Source: Candidatus Omnitrophota bacterium (GTDB lineage Bacteria > Omnitrophota > Gorgyraeia > Zapsychrales > Zapsychraceae). From it: a DNA stretch of 64,000 nt. The notes under the pieces were generated by a model. The model saw only the letters and a list, made by a program, of their open reading frames with translations. It searched no databases and was not told the origin of the DNA. The stretch spans positions 1,150,361-1,214,360 of the forward strand of contig JBFWOS010000001.1 in NCBI GenBank assembly GCA_050250375.1, read 5' to 3'. The first letter of the stretch is position 1; every line of letters starts with the position of its first letter. The translations under genes were made by a program, and so were the position numbers. Shown here in pieces: positions 1 to 9,149 of the stretch.

Positions 1-337
1 GCAGGTCTTTCTTCAAATTTTCCAGATCGGAATCCTGTTCAATGTGAAAGAAATCGTCATATCCACAATTAATCGCTTTCTTGAGCGACCGGAATGAAAG
101 GTCAATCTGATCCAATAATGAATAACTGCAGGCCAGATTATATAAAACCACCGGATTCTGCGGGTCAATCTGGTATAACCTTTCATCCATGGCAAGCCCA
201 TCCTGATAACGGCCGACTCTGGTGTAAAGATCACCCAATAAAGCCATAGCCTCGAAAAAATCAGGTTTTTTCTTCAAAAGGCCTTCGTAAAATTCAATTT
301 CAAACTGATCCGTAGATGTCGTCTTGTTCTTAACCAT
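1..337 (-). CDS. TPR-repeat protein, N-terminal 112 aa only. The gene runs off the left edge of the window. It is not in the supplied ORF track.
   Basis: Minus-strand frame starting ATG at 335-337 reads MVKNKTTSTDQFEIEFYEGLLKKKPDFFEAMALLGDLYTRVGRYQDGLAMDERLYQIDPQNPVVLYNLACSYSLLDQIDL... with TPR-like helical repeats. It lies 9 nt downstream of the aminotransferase stop, i.e. in operon spacing. The track ORF 13..234 is in a different frame and judged spurious. Confidence 0.5.
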   Translation of the reverse strand, partial: MVKNKTTSTDQFEIEFYEGLLKKKPDFFEAMALLGDLYTRVGRYQDGLAMDERLYQIDPQNPVVLYNLACSYSLLDQIDLSFRSLKKAINCGYDDFFHIEQDSDLENLKKDL

Positions 338-346
338 CGCGTCCTT

Positions 347-1498
347 TTATTTCAAAAATAATTTAATCCGTTCAAGGGCTTCTTTAAGCTTCTGGTAACT
401 GGAGGCGTATGAAATACGGACAAATCCTTCACAGGCCGTCCCGAAAGCGACTCCGGGGACAAGAGCTACTTTTTGTTCTTTGAGCAGGTTTTGGGCAAAA
501 TCCATGGATTTTTGTTTAGTGCTGGCGATTGAAGGAAACACATAAAACGCGCCTTGCGGCAGATGGCATTTTAATCCAAGCTCGTTTAGACCGTCCACGA
601 CAAAAAGCCTGCGCCGGTTATATTCCCGTTTCATTTCCTGAACATCTTTGAATCCATGGATCAACGCCTCCCGGGCGGCCATCTGTCCGGTAATAGGCGG
701 ACACAGCATGGTATATTGATGAACTTTGGTCATGGCGGCGATGATGACCTTTGGGCCGCACGCCCAGCCAATACGAAAACCTGTCATCGCATATGATTTT
801 GAAAATCCATTGAGGTACAAGACCCTCTCTTTCATACCCGGCAAAGTTGAGATCGGAGTATGATCAAAATCATAGGTTAATTCATCATAAACCTCATCGC
901 TGACAACAATCAGATTATGTTTTTTGACCACCTTGCAAATAGCACTGAGTTCCTGTTTGGTATAAGATGTCCCCGTCGGGTTGCATGGATAGTTGAGCAT
1001 CAGCACCTTGGTGTCTTTGGTGCACGCATTTTCGATCTGTTCCGGGCTCAATTTAAAACCGTTACTGACATCCGTCTGGATGATCACCGGTATGCCCCCG
1101 GCAAGTTCAACGACCGGAGCATAAGATACATAACAGGGCTGATGAATGAGAACCTTGTCATTCGGGTTCAGAAGCGCGCGCATGGCCAAATCCAGCCCTT
1201 CCGAAACTCCGACGGTAATCAAAACCTCATCATCAAAATCATATTCCAGTTCATATCTTTTTTTAAGGAACTGGACAATCTGTTTGCGCAGTTCCGGCAT
1301 GCCTTTGTTAGACGTATAAGAGGTATACCCTTTTTCCAGGGAATGGATGGCCTCTTCCCGCACCATCCAGGGGGTAACAAAATCCGGTTCCCCTACGCCA
1401 AGAGAAATGACATCTTTCATTCCAAGGACGAGGTCAAAAAAAGCACGGATCCCCGATGGCGCCAATTTTTCTACTTTTTTAGAGATAATATATTCCAT
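347..1498 (-). CDS. PLP-dependent aminotransferase, class I (aspartate/aromatic aminotransferase-like)
   Basis: 383 aa. Contains the PLP-lysine motif NGFSKSYAMTGFRIGW and the full fold-type I aminotransferase layout. An Lrp regulator sits next to it, a common pairing. Confidence 0.9.
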   Translation of the reverse strand: MEYIISKKVEKLAPSGIRAFFDLVLGMKDVISLGVGEPDFVTPWMVREEAIHSLEKGYTSYTSNKGMPELRKQIVQFLKKRYELEYDFDDEVLITVGVSEGLDLAMRALLNPNDKVLIHQPCYVSYAPVVELAGGIPVIIQTDVSNGFKLSPEQIENACTKDTKVLMLNYPCNPTGTSYTKQELSAICKVVKKHNLIVVSDEVYDELTYDFDHTPISTLPGMKERVLYLNGFSKSYAMTGFRIGWACGPKVIIAAMTKVHQYTMLCPPITGQMAAREALIHGFKDVQEMKREYNRRRLFVVDGLNELGLKCHLPQGAFYVFPSIASTKQKSMDFAQNLLKEQKVALVPGVAFGTACEGFVRISYASSYQKLKEALERIKLFLK

Positions 1499-1504
1499 AG
1501 TTTT

Positions 1505-1942
1505 TTATTTGATTAAAGTTCCGGGAAGGTAATAAGCCCCGTCATTAAAACCATACGGCTGGCTTCCGTTTCCTTCCCACCCTTCAGCAGATTTAATGTT
1601 AAATTTAATAAACCCCTCTACGGTAAGATTTGGCGTCATTTTAATGCCGTTCATAGTCAGTCTCACCGGATTATAATCCTCCGGCACTTCGCCAAAATGA
1701 TAATCTGATATTTCACTGTCAACGAGGACTTCGAGCGCATTCTTCATTTGCGATTTTGTTTCTTCGCTGACACCCTCCATATAAAACAGGCCGTACAGGC
1801 CATCGACATCTTTTTGACTGATCCCTGTTTTAAACCGATCCATCAGTTCTTCTTTTGTATCAGGGGCATCAGCCGCCATAACCATTTGACCGGAGTATAT
1901 CCCAAAAATGACCGCCAAAATTATAATCTTGAAAATCTTCAT
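1505..1942 (-). CDS. Small secreted hypothetical protein
   Basis: 145 aa. N-terminal signal peptide MKIFKIIILAVIFGIYSGQMVMAADA. No recognisable catalytic motif. Confidence 0.4.
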   Translation of the reverse strand: MKIFKIIILAVIFGIYSGQMVMAADAPDTKEELMDRFKTGISQKDVDGLYGLFYMEGVSEETKSQMKNALEVLVDSEISDYHFGEVPEDYNPVRLTMNGIKMTPNLTVEGFIKFNIKSAEGWEGNGSQPYGFNDGAYYLPGTLIK

Positions 1943-1951
1943 ATAGGTCCG

Positions 1952-2437
1952 TTAATAAGATATGTTTAAACGATTTCCTTCTGAGTTTTTTCTGAGGATC
2001 TGTCCGTCTTCCTTGTACTTCTTGAGAAGAAAATGGGTGGCTGTGCTGCGAACTTGTTCCATCGACGATAGTTTAGCGGCCACGAAATTAGCTACTGTCT
2101 GCAGGTTTTCTCCCTCAACCACGACCAATAAATCATAAGCCCCGGACAAAAGATAACAGCTCTTCACTTCCGGAAAACTGTAAATTCGCTCGGCAATATT
2201 TTCAAACCCGACATTTTTCTGCGGAGAAACGCTGACCTCAATCAAGGCGCGTACAGTTTCTTTTCCCTCGTTGATCATGTCATAATCAATGACCGTCTTA
2301 TACTTGACGATTGTCCCGTCTTTCTCATATTTTTTAATAGCGCTTTTAACCGCTGTTTCTGTCTTCCCGGTTAATTTGGCAATTTCAGCCGCACTGACCC
2401 GTGCGTCATTTGACAATATCTCTAATATCTCATCCAT
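1952..2437 (-). CDS. lrp: Lrp/AsnC-family transcriptional regulator
   Basis: 161 aa. N-terminal HTH (ILEILSNDARVSAAEIAKLTGKTETAVKSAIKKYEKDG) plus a C-terminal RAM/AsnC_trans domain. Size and layout are typical. Confidence 0.9.
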   Translation of the reverse strand: MDEILEILSNDARVSAAEIAKLTGKTETAVKSAIKKYEKDGTIVKYKTVIDYDMINEGKETVRALIEVSVSPQKNVGFENIAERIYSFPEVKSCYLLSGAYDLLVVVEGENLQTVANFVAAKLSSMEQVRSTATHFLLKKYKEDGQILRKNSEGNRLNISY

Positions 2438-2626
2438 TGAATGCTCCTATTTTAATGGTCAATTCATTCATAAAAACGGAGGGCCAGCCCATCCTTTTTC
2501 AATAAAATAAAAAAACATATTAGCCAACATTATAACATGGAACCCAAAAAAGCCAATTGTTATCAGGAGTGTATGATTTTTACTAAAAACTAGGGAGACT
2601 GCATGAAAACCGCGCTACGGGTGAGA

Positions 2627-3652
2627 TTATTCCTGGCTTTTAAGCTTGGGGCTCATCTCATCAATCCTGGCCTGGAGTTTTTGATTTTCCTGATCAAATT
2701 GCATGATCCCCCGGATCAATTCATTCTTGCGGTCTTGAAGGCTTAACGAAGTCGCGACTTTATCAGACAATTGGTTATGTTCGGCCTTAAGGCTGTCAAC
2801 GCGGCTTTTAAGCTCCTGTCTTTCCTTTTCGATCTTTGTCAGGAACTGTTCGGCCGATTTTTCTTTCAACATTTTTTTGTCTTTAAGGATTGTCAGCTCT
2901 CTTTCCTTAAATTCTTTCTTCTTTTCAAGAGAGAGAATTTTTTCTTCGAGGTTCTGGTTTTCCTTTTCCAAAAGCGGGATCTGCGCGGGCGCCGTTTTCA
3001 TTGACTCTTCTTTGCGGGTGATCTGTTCGACCAACTGGCGTTCTTTTTGCATCGCTTCCTGGACAGCAATTTTTTTCTGCTCCAGCAAGACAAGAGCCTC
3101 ACGTTCCTTGTCCTGATTCTGGACTTTGATCAGTTTTAGTTCAAGTTCCAATTCACGCCGTTGATATTGCAGGTCAGCCAGATGAAGTTCCAGTAGCGAC
3201 AGATGTTCGCTATAGTCCATTAATTCGCCGTTCAAGTACCGTTTTTGACTGCCGTCCATTTGTTGTCCGTCAAGATACTGATCCATTTCTTGCTGGACCA
3301 GATTCATGGGGCGTACTTGCGGTTGAAATAATTCCCGGCTCTTTAGTTCAACATCTTCATGATCCAGCCGCTTCTGAGTTTGAAGGATATGCCATTGTTC
3401 TTTTAAGCGGGAATATCGTTCTTCCAACTTTTTGTTCTCGGTGATTAGAGCGGTAATATCATCTTTAAGGGTTTTCATCGTGTCATAGCGGGATGTCCTG
3501 GACTGGTAAAACGGCTCATGCGGATCTTCCGCACCCAGCGGAACAGCCCCCGTTACAAAGGCGATTGAAAAAAGCATCATGGTTATGAAATTTCGCTGGA
3601 TGGATTTCAACATGGTTTTATTATAATTAGAGAAGATTGGGCCTGCAATCAT
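2627..3652 (-). CDS. Coiled-coil protein with N-terminal signal/TM segment (hypothetical)
   Basis: 341 aa. Hydrophobic N-terminus MLFSIAFVTGAVPLGA, then about 280 aa of E/K/Q/L-rich heptad-like sequence. Confidence 0.4.
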   Translation of the reverse strand: MIAGPIFSNYNKTMLKSIQRNFITMMLFSIAFVTGAVPLGAEDPHEPFYQSRTSRYDTMKTLKDDITALITENKKLEERYSRLKEQWHILQTQKRLDHEDVELKSRELFQPQVRPMNLVQQEMDQYLDGQQMDGSQKRYLNGELMDYSEHLSLLELHLADLQYQRRELELELKLIKVQNQDKEREALVLLEQKKIAVQEAMQKERQLVEQITRKEESMKTAPAQIPLLEKENQNLEEKILSLEKKKEFKERELTILKDKKMLKEKSAEQFLTKIEKERQELKSRVDSLKAEHNQLSDKVATSLSLQDRKNELIRGIMQFDQENQKLQARIDEMSPKLKSQE

Positions 3653-3666
3653 AAACTAAGAATTTA

Positions 3667-4482
3667 TCAATATTTTGGGTATCGCCGATAAAGTTCCTGG
3701 AACAGAACAGTGCCCGGATTCCGTTTACCTCCGATTAAACGTTTGTTAACGGATGCCCCCGCTTTTATGCCGATTAGAGAATTGGTCAAGAAAAATTCAT
3801 CGGCGTTGTACAACCGGTTCAGTTTAAATCGCCCGGTCTGAACCGGAAAACCCGCCTGTCTGGCCAAACGAATAACCACTTGCCGGACAATACCGTTCAA
3901 ACACCCTGTGTCGACGGATGGTGTAAAGAGCACCCCTTTTTCAATAAAAAATACATTGGTGGTTGCCCCTTCAACTAAAACACCGGTTGGGTCGAGCAGG
4001 ACGGCTTCATCATACCCTTTTGATTTTGCGTCCTGGTTTGCCGTAAAATACGGTTCATACGTCAACGCCTTTACATGTGAAAATTTATTCTTCTTTCGAG
4101 GATAATCGGAAACCATGACTTTAATGGAAGGCCGGCGCACGGTGTCGGAATGGAGCGGCGCCGTAACAATATTAAAGAAATTCTGACCCTGATCCTTGTA
4201 CGCGCAAAGCCTGACCCGCCCCTCGGTCAACTGATTTAATTGAATCGCCTTCCGGATCATTCGCAACAATTGTGACGATGAATACGAAGTGTCCATCTTA
4301 AAAAGACGGACACCCCGCTGAAAACGTTGAAAATGTTTCTCCCAAAAGCATACCTGTCCATGCTCCACCAAGATGGTTTCAAAAACCCCCTCTCCCCTAA
4401 TCACTCCGGGAGACAAGGAATAAAGTAATTCCTGAGGAGCTTCAATCCATTGCCGGTTTAAATTAATGATTGGGCTTTTCAT
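3667..4482 (-). CDS. pabC: Aminodeoxychorismate lyase (class IV aminotransferase fold)
   Basis: 271 aa class-IV PLP fold (EGATTNVFFIEKGVLFTP; ...LNGIVRQ...). Sits directly downstream of a PabB-like gene. Confidence 0.75.
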   Translation of the reverse strand: MKSPIINLNRQWIEAPQELLYSLSPGVIRGEGVFETILVEHGQVCFWEKHFQRFQRGVRLFKMDTSYSSSQLLRMIRKAIQLNQLTEGRVRLCAYKDQGQNFFNIVTAPLHSDTVRRPSIKVMVSDYPRKKNKFSHVKALTYEPYFTANQDAKSKGYDEAVLLDPTGVLVEGATTNVFFIEKGVLFTPSVDTGCLNGIVRQVVIRLARQAGFPVQTGRFKLNRLYNADEFFLTNSLIGIKAGASVNKRLIGGKRNPGTVLFQELYRRYPKY

Positions 4483-4490
4483 GTTAAAAG

Positions 4491-5897
4491 TTACACATTT
4501 TGAAAGTTCGGCGCATGGTTCATCACGGCTTTGAGGCAGGATTGAATGGCCCGGGCTTTAACCAGAGTTTCCGCATATTCCCCATCCGGAGTAGATTCGG
4601 CGACGATCCCGCCTCCGACCTGAACAAAAAAACGGTCCTGATGGGATAAAATGGTGCGGATTAGAATATTAAAATCCATTTGCCGGTTGAAGCCGATATA
4701 TCCGCAGGCCCCGGTATATATAGATCTTCTTGTCGGTTCCAATTCTTCGATAATGTTCATGGCCCTGATTTTCGGACATCCGGTAATTGACCCACCCGGA
4801 AAACAAGCCGACAGGACGTCAAATGGATCCTTATCTTCACGTAAAACGCCTTCGATCGTTGACGTCGTTTGAAAGACTGTCGAATATTCTTCGACGGTCC
4901 GCATATCCTTGACCTTTATGGAGCCATACTCGCAAACGCGGCCGAAGTCATTGCGTTCCAGATCGGTAATCATCAAGAGTTCAGCCTTATCTTTTTCTGA
5001 GGATATAATTTCCTTGCGGTAACGGCGGTCTTCTTCCGGCGTTTCTCCACGCGGCCGGGTTCCCTTCATCGGCTGCGTCTGCAGGATTTTACCTCTCAAC
5101 TGCAAATATCTTTCCGGGGAACTGCTGATCACCTGAAACAGCCCGCCGTCAAAATATACGCCAAATCTCGATGGTGAATGTTGTCTCAGAGATTGATACA
5201 ATACCAACGGGTCCACGTTAGGGCCGTGCGGGATTGAAAACCTCTGGGATAAATTGACCTGATAAATATCTCCTTCAGAAATATAGTCAAGCGCTTTGCG
5301 GACAGCATCTTTGTATTTCGTCGGCGTAAAATTGCAATCCCAGTCCATATGCTTACGGGCATTGGCAGGAATTAATTCAATTTCCGGGAGGGTGATTCGC
5401 GTCAGTCGATCCAGCCTGTCTTTGATAAAGTTGATCCGGTCCCGTGCCCGTTTTAACCGTTTGCCCGGTTCCTGTTCGGGGTAGCCGCTTGATGTGATGT
5501 GCAATTTCCCGAATACATGGTCGATCGTGATAATACAATCATAAAATCCGAACAAACAATCCGGCAGGTCAAAGTCATCAACCGATTTGAGCTGGATATT
5601 TTCCTGGTATAACCCGTAATCGTAACCGATAAAACCAACAATGCCCGCTGGCAGAACATCATCAGCGGAGCCTTCAAAACAATAGGCCGTAAAATCCTTC
5701 TTCAACCGGTCAAAGTTGGAACGACGTTTATGCTGATAAACTTTAAACGGATCAAATCCGAAAAATGAATACCTTCCCCTGTGCGGGTCAGGCAGGCTGC
5801 TGTCCAGCAAAAAACAGTATGGTTCGCCTTCAAAGGCTTTAAGAAGCATGAACGGATCACAGGTTAATTCAATAGTTTCTTTAAGATAATTTTTCAT
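4491..5897 (-). CDS. pabB: Aminodeoxychorismate synthase component I (chorismate-binding enzyme, PabB/TrpE family)
   Basis: 468 aa. C-terminal chorismate-binding signature PGGSITGCPKIRAMNIIEELEPTRRSIYTGACGYIGFN. Paired with pabC. No pabA/trpG is adjacent. Confidence 0.8.
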   Translation of the reverse strand: MKNYLKETIELTCDPFMLLKAFEGEPYCFLLDSSLPDPHRGRYSFFGFDPFKVYQHKRRSNFDRLKKDFTAYCFEGSADDVLPAGIVGFIGYDYGLYQENIQLKSVDDFDLPDCLFGFYDCIITIDHVFGKLHITSSGYPEQEPGKRLKRARDRINFIKDRLDRLTRITLPEIELIPANARKHMDWDCNFTPTKYKDAVRKALDYISEGDIYQVNLSQRFSIPHGPNVDPLVLYQSLRQHSPSRFGVYFDGGLFQVISSSPERYLQLRGKILQTQPMKGTRPRGETPEEDRRYRKEIISSEKDKAELLMITDLERNDFGRVCEYGSIKVKDMRTVEEYSTVFQTTSTIEGVLREDKDPFDVLSACFPGGSITGCPKIRAMNIIEELEPTRRSIYTGACGYIGFNRQMDFNILIRTILSHQDRFFVQVGGGIVAESTPDGEYAETLVKARAIQSCLKAVMNHAPNFQNV

Positions 5898-5910
5898 AAA
5901 TATGGATTAA

Positions 5911-6327
5911 TTATTCACCCAGGAATTGCAGGACGATTTGCCGCTGGCGGGGACGGTTATCCAGATCGATAAAAACGATCTGTTGCCACGTGCCCAGCAC
6001 CATTTTACGGTTATTGAAGGGAATCGTCAAGGAGGGACCGATCAGGGAGGCCCGCAGATGGGAATGACCGTTACCGTCTCCCCAGGCCTGGTCGTGGTGA
6101 TAATTTCCTTCCGGTATTAATTGATCAAGGATCTCTTTGATGTCTTTTTTCAGGCCCGGTTCGTATTCAATGGTCGTCACCGCTCCGGTTGACCCGATGA
6201 CGCTGATATTGACAAGGCCGTCATTAAGATCCAGCCCATTGAGAACTTCCGACACTTCAGGGGTAATGTCGATAACATCCACGTTGCCTTTGGTTTTCAA
6301 GTTCAGTGTTTTAGACCGGACCGCCAT
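5911..6327 (-). CDS. YjbQ/UPF0047 family protein (secondary thiamine-phosphate synthase-like)
   Basis: 138 aa. Typical YjbQ core (ITPEV...NGLVNISVIGSTGAVTTIEYEPGL...DQAWGDGNGHSHLRASL...). Confidence 0.85.
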   Translation of the reverse strand: MAVRSKTLNLKTKGNVDVIDITPEVSEVLNGLDLNDGLVNISVIGSTGAVTTIEYEPGLKKDIKEILDQLIPEGNYHHDQAWGDGNGHSHLRASLIGPSLTIPFNNRKMVLGTWQQIVFIDLDNRPRQRQIVLQFLGE

Positions 6328-6329
6328 GG

Positions 6330-6665
6330 TTATTTTACACGGCTGCCCAGGGCCACATCTTTCTCCGGGCTGATCAACACAGGGCCGTTTTCATCCGACG
6401 CCGCCAGCAACATCCCCTGGGACTCTTCCCCGCGCAATACCGCCGGCTCCAGGTTGGCGATGACGACAATCTTTTTACCGACCAATTGTTCCGCTGTGTA
6501 GGTTGAACGGATGCCGGCCACCAGCTGGCGTTCTTCACCGCCGAGATCAATCTTCAGCACAAAAAGCCGGTCGGCATTAGGATGATTCTTGGCTTCTTTT
6601 ATTTGAGCAATCTTAAATTCGAGTTTGAGAAAATCTTCGATCGTTGCCATTTTATTCCTTATCAT
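6330..6665 (-). CDS. tRNA-binding domain protein (CsaA / MetG C-terminal-like, Myf domain)
   Basis: 111 aa. EFKIAQIKEAKNHPNADRLFVLKIDLGGEERQLVAGI matches the OB-fold tRNA-binding domain of MetRS beta / CsaA. Confidence 0.8.
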   Translation of the reverse strand: MIRNKMATIEDFLKLEFKIAQIKEAKNHPNADRLFVLKIDLGGEERQLVAGIRSTYTAEQLVGKKIVVIANLEPAVLRGEESQGMLLAASDENGPVLISPEKDVALGSRVK

Positions 6666-6687
6666 TCAGTAAGTTAATAATTCGGGT

Positions 6688-7416
6688 CTAATTTATTCCA
6701 CAGTTAAACGCAATTGTGGCGCACTCTTCCATCGGGGCCTCTTCACCCAGTTTCATAAACCCCAGCAATAGATCATCGCTGAAACCTGTCATCATGCCCT
6801 GCGGGAGAAATTTGAGAAAGAAACCGTTCTTTTTCTTAACCTTGAGGCCCGCCGCGGTGATGTCTTTTTCCATTGAGGAAACCGTATAAACTCTGCGGTG
6901 CCCCATCTGCTTGTCGGTTGAACCGATATCACTTATTTTTTTATGAAGATTCATTTTAACGGCGACACGGCGATGATAAGAGTTCGCATTTGGAACAATC
7001 ACAATCATCTGGCCTCCCGGCTTGATCCATGCCCTGGCCTTTTTCATAATATTGACCGGATTGTCAACATGCTCCAGAATAAACGAAGCAATGACAGAAT
7101 CAAATTTGACGGCCGGCTTGAAATCCTCGAACAAATTGTTAAATGTCGTAATTTTCTTGCCGTATTTATTTTTGGCCTGATTCAGCAAAATTTCTGATGC
7201 GTCGACAATAGAGGACTTCCCGAACTTCTTAATCACGCTTGTTGTCCAAGCATCATCTCCAAACCCCATTTCAAGCACGTCCGGTCCCTTGATCCAGGGC
7301 ATAATTTGGCCAACCACCATCGCCAGTATCTTGCGGTCAATGATACGGCCGGGATCAGTGTCGATATATTCACCCGCGATTTTTTCCAGCATATTTTTTT
7401 CTTTTTTAAGATCCAT
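6688..7416 (-). CDS. Class I SAM-dependent methyltransferase
   Basis: 242 aa. Motif I VLEMGFGDDAWTT, motif post-I, and a Methyltransf_11/23-like layout. Confidence 0.65.
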   Translation of the reverse strand: MDLKKEKNMLEKIAGEYIDTDPGRIIDRKILAMVVGQIMPWIKGPDVLEMGFGDDAWTTSVIKKFGKSSIVDASEILLNQAKNKYGKKITTFNNLFEDFKPAVKFDSVIASFILEHVDNPVNIMKKARAWIKPGGQMIVIVPNANSYHRRVAVKMNLHKKISDIGSTDKQMGHRRVYTVSSMEKDITAAGLKVKKKNGFFLKFLPQGMMTGFSDDLLLGFMKLGEEAPMEECATIAFNCGIN

Positions 7417-7433
7417 AATTTCCCTTTAAAAAA

Positions 7434-8351
7434 CTAATTCAGATCAACAATATTGTCAATCACATAAATCTTGTTCGGACGTACGGCTTCAAAAGTTCTC
7501 CATAAATATTCCCCGATAATCCCTAAAGCCATATTGGTTACGCCTAACCCGGTCAATAAAACGGCCAGAATCATCCTTTCAACGGAGATCCCGGCCACAC
7601 ACAGTATCTGGATGAAATAGAGAACGCCCGCGGCAAAAAAAACAAAACCGATAAGACTTATGCCCCGCACCGGCGCGTAAGAAAATGAAACAAATGAATC
7701 AATCATAAGTTTGATGTTTTTCCGCCAGGTCCATTTTGATTGCCCGGCCTGCCGTTCCAGCTTCCTGCCGGGAATAGCCGTCTGTTTAAATCCAAGGGAT
7801 ATCATCCGAAGTAAAATGGAAGAGTTCGACTCCGCGTGATCCTCCAACTCTTGGCGCACTTTTCGATGAAACATAACAATATCAAAACCATTAACCGGAT
7901 AGTCCGCGCAAACATAAGACCGCATCAAAGCCGCATAACCTTTCGAAAATACCCGTTTTAAAAACGGATCGCCAACAGAGTCCCGTTCCAGACGGACAAG
8001 GTCAAAACCCTCAAGACATTTACGATACAACTGGCCGACAATTTCCAGCGGATATTGCAAATCAGCCGCCAGATACGTCGTATAAAGGCCCCGGGAAGCG
8101 CGGATTCCGGCGAACAAGGCCGCATGCGAACCGAAATTCCTGGAAAACCTTATTATCCTAGCCGCATAAAATTTGTGTGAAGCTTGTTTGATCTTTTGAA
8201 AAGTCCCGTCCGTTGATCCGTCATCAATGAAGATAACTTCACATTTAACCGGATCCATTGTTTGCACATACCGGGTGATCTCAGCGATTAACCGTTCCAC
8301 ATTGTCTTCTTCATTGAAACAGGGAATTATTATTGTGATATCGTAATTCAT
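7434..8351 (-). CDS. Family-2 glycosyltransferase, polyprenyl-phosphate sugar transferase type (ArnC/GtrB/DPM1-like)
   Basis: 305 aa. N-terminal GT-A domain with IIIPCFNEEDNV and FIDDGSTDGT (DXD region). Two C-terminal TM helices, as in ArnC/GtrB. Confidence 0.85.
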   Translation of the reverse strand: MNYDITIIIPCFNEEDNVERLIAEITRYVQTMDPVKCEVIFIDDGSTDGTFQKIKQASHKFYAARIIRFSRNFGSHAALFAGIRASRGLYTTYLAADLQYPLEIVGQLYRKCLEGFDLVRLERDSVGDPFLKRVFSKGYAALMRSYVCADYPVNGFDIVMFHRKVRQELEDHAESNSSILLRMISLGFKQTAIPGRKLERQAGQSKWTWRKNIKLMIDSFVSFSYAPVRGISLIGFVFFAAGVLYFIQILCVAGISVERMILAVLLTGLGVTNMALGIIGEYLWRTFEAVRPNKIYVIDNIVDLN

Positions 8352-8361
8352 GGTAATCCTT

Positions 8362-8910
8362 TTATAATTCTTTCAAAGGGATGGAATGAAAGGGTCTATA
8401 TTTTCTTAGCACCTGGTCAAGACCTGCCGGATCAAACGTAAACCATGTTTCCTTTTGATCCTGCCGGGATATTTTCGAACCGAAAGACTTATGAAAATTG
8501 ATCACGTTCACATTCCCGTTTTGTACCCCAAAATATAATTCGTTCAACTGAAGTGTATTAAAAGCAAAATGGTACATCAGGACCGCTGATTCAAATGCGA
8601 CAAAGAATCCCGCCTTTTCCTGTATGACCCATCGACCCCATTCGGCGCGTTTTTTGGCAAAATCAATGTCATACACCGCAATCGTTCCATACAAACTACC
8701 GTCAGGACTTTCGATGATCAAATGATAGTCATTATCCGCTGCACGTTTTTTCTCAATCCAGTTTTCCTGATTTCCAAGGGACGGATCGGTTATTCCGATA
8801 AATCCGTTTAACCGCGGGTTGAGCCTCAATTCCAGAATGAAGGCCGCGTCTTTTTTATCGGCAGAACGCAGACAAACATTTCGCCCGTGGATTACTTCTT
8901 TTAAAATCAT
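8362..8910 (-). CDS. GNAT-family N-acyltransferase (putative)
   Basis: 182 aa. Pattern ...LYGTIAVYDIDFAKKRAEWGRWVI...NELYFGVQNGNVNVINFHKSFG resembles RimL/Acetyltransf_3 folds. Overlaps the ACP gene by 4 nt. Confidence 0.5.
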   Translation of the reverse strand: MILKEVIHGRNVCLRSADKKDAAFILELRLNPRLNGFIGITDPSLGNQENWIEKKRAADNDYHLIIESPDGSLYGTIAVYDIDFAKKRAEWGRWVIQEKAGFFVAFESAVLMYHFAFNTLQLNELYFGVQNGNVNVINFHKSFGSKISRQDQKETWFTFDPAGLDQVLRKYRPFHSIPLKEL

Positions 8911-9149
8911 ATTTTCCGAGCCGCAATTCCGTCAACGATATCCTTAACCGTCTTCATCCGGATAAGATCCTGCATATCGAAATTGGTTTTAAATTCCTGT
9001 TCAATTTTAAGAAACAAGTTCAATTGTTCCAGTGAATCAAAATGCTTGAGTTGCCCTATCTCCGTCTCCAAAGTCAATTTTCTTAAATCTTCTTTAAAAA
9101 CCGAAGCAACCAAACTCACTGTTTTCTGAATAATTTCATTCCGTTCCAT
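8907..9149 (-). CDS. Acyl carrier protein
   Basis: 80 aa. Phosphopantetheine attachment motif HFDSLEQLNLFL (DSL). Translationally coupled to the FkbH-like gene (shared base 9149). Confidence 0.8.
   Translation of the reverse strand: MERNEIIQKTVSLVASVFKEDLRKLTLETEIGQLKHFDSLEQLNLFLKIEQEFKTNFDMQDLIRMKTVKDIVDGIAARKI

Noticed and set aside
13-234. 73-aa minus-strand ORF at the window start
   Set aside because: A different frame across the same region is open to the window edge. That frame encodes a TPR-like protein coupled to the aminotransferase, so the 73-aa ORF is judged spurious.
917-1516. 199-aa plus-strand ORF, and the many other antisense ORFs across the window (e.g. 1347..1532, 2771..3116, 5926..6120, 18299..21876, 38701..39076, 41467..42276, 43616..44266)
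   Set aside because: Each lies entirely inside a minus-strand gene that has clear family motifs. None has a recognisable motif, and several are rich in R/S/P, as expected for antisense frames of coding DNA.
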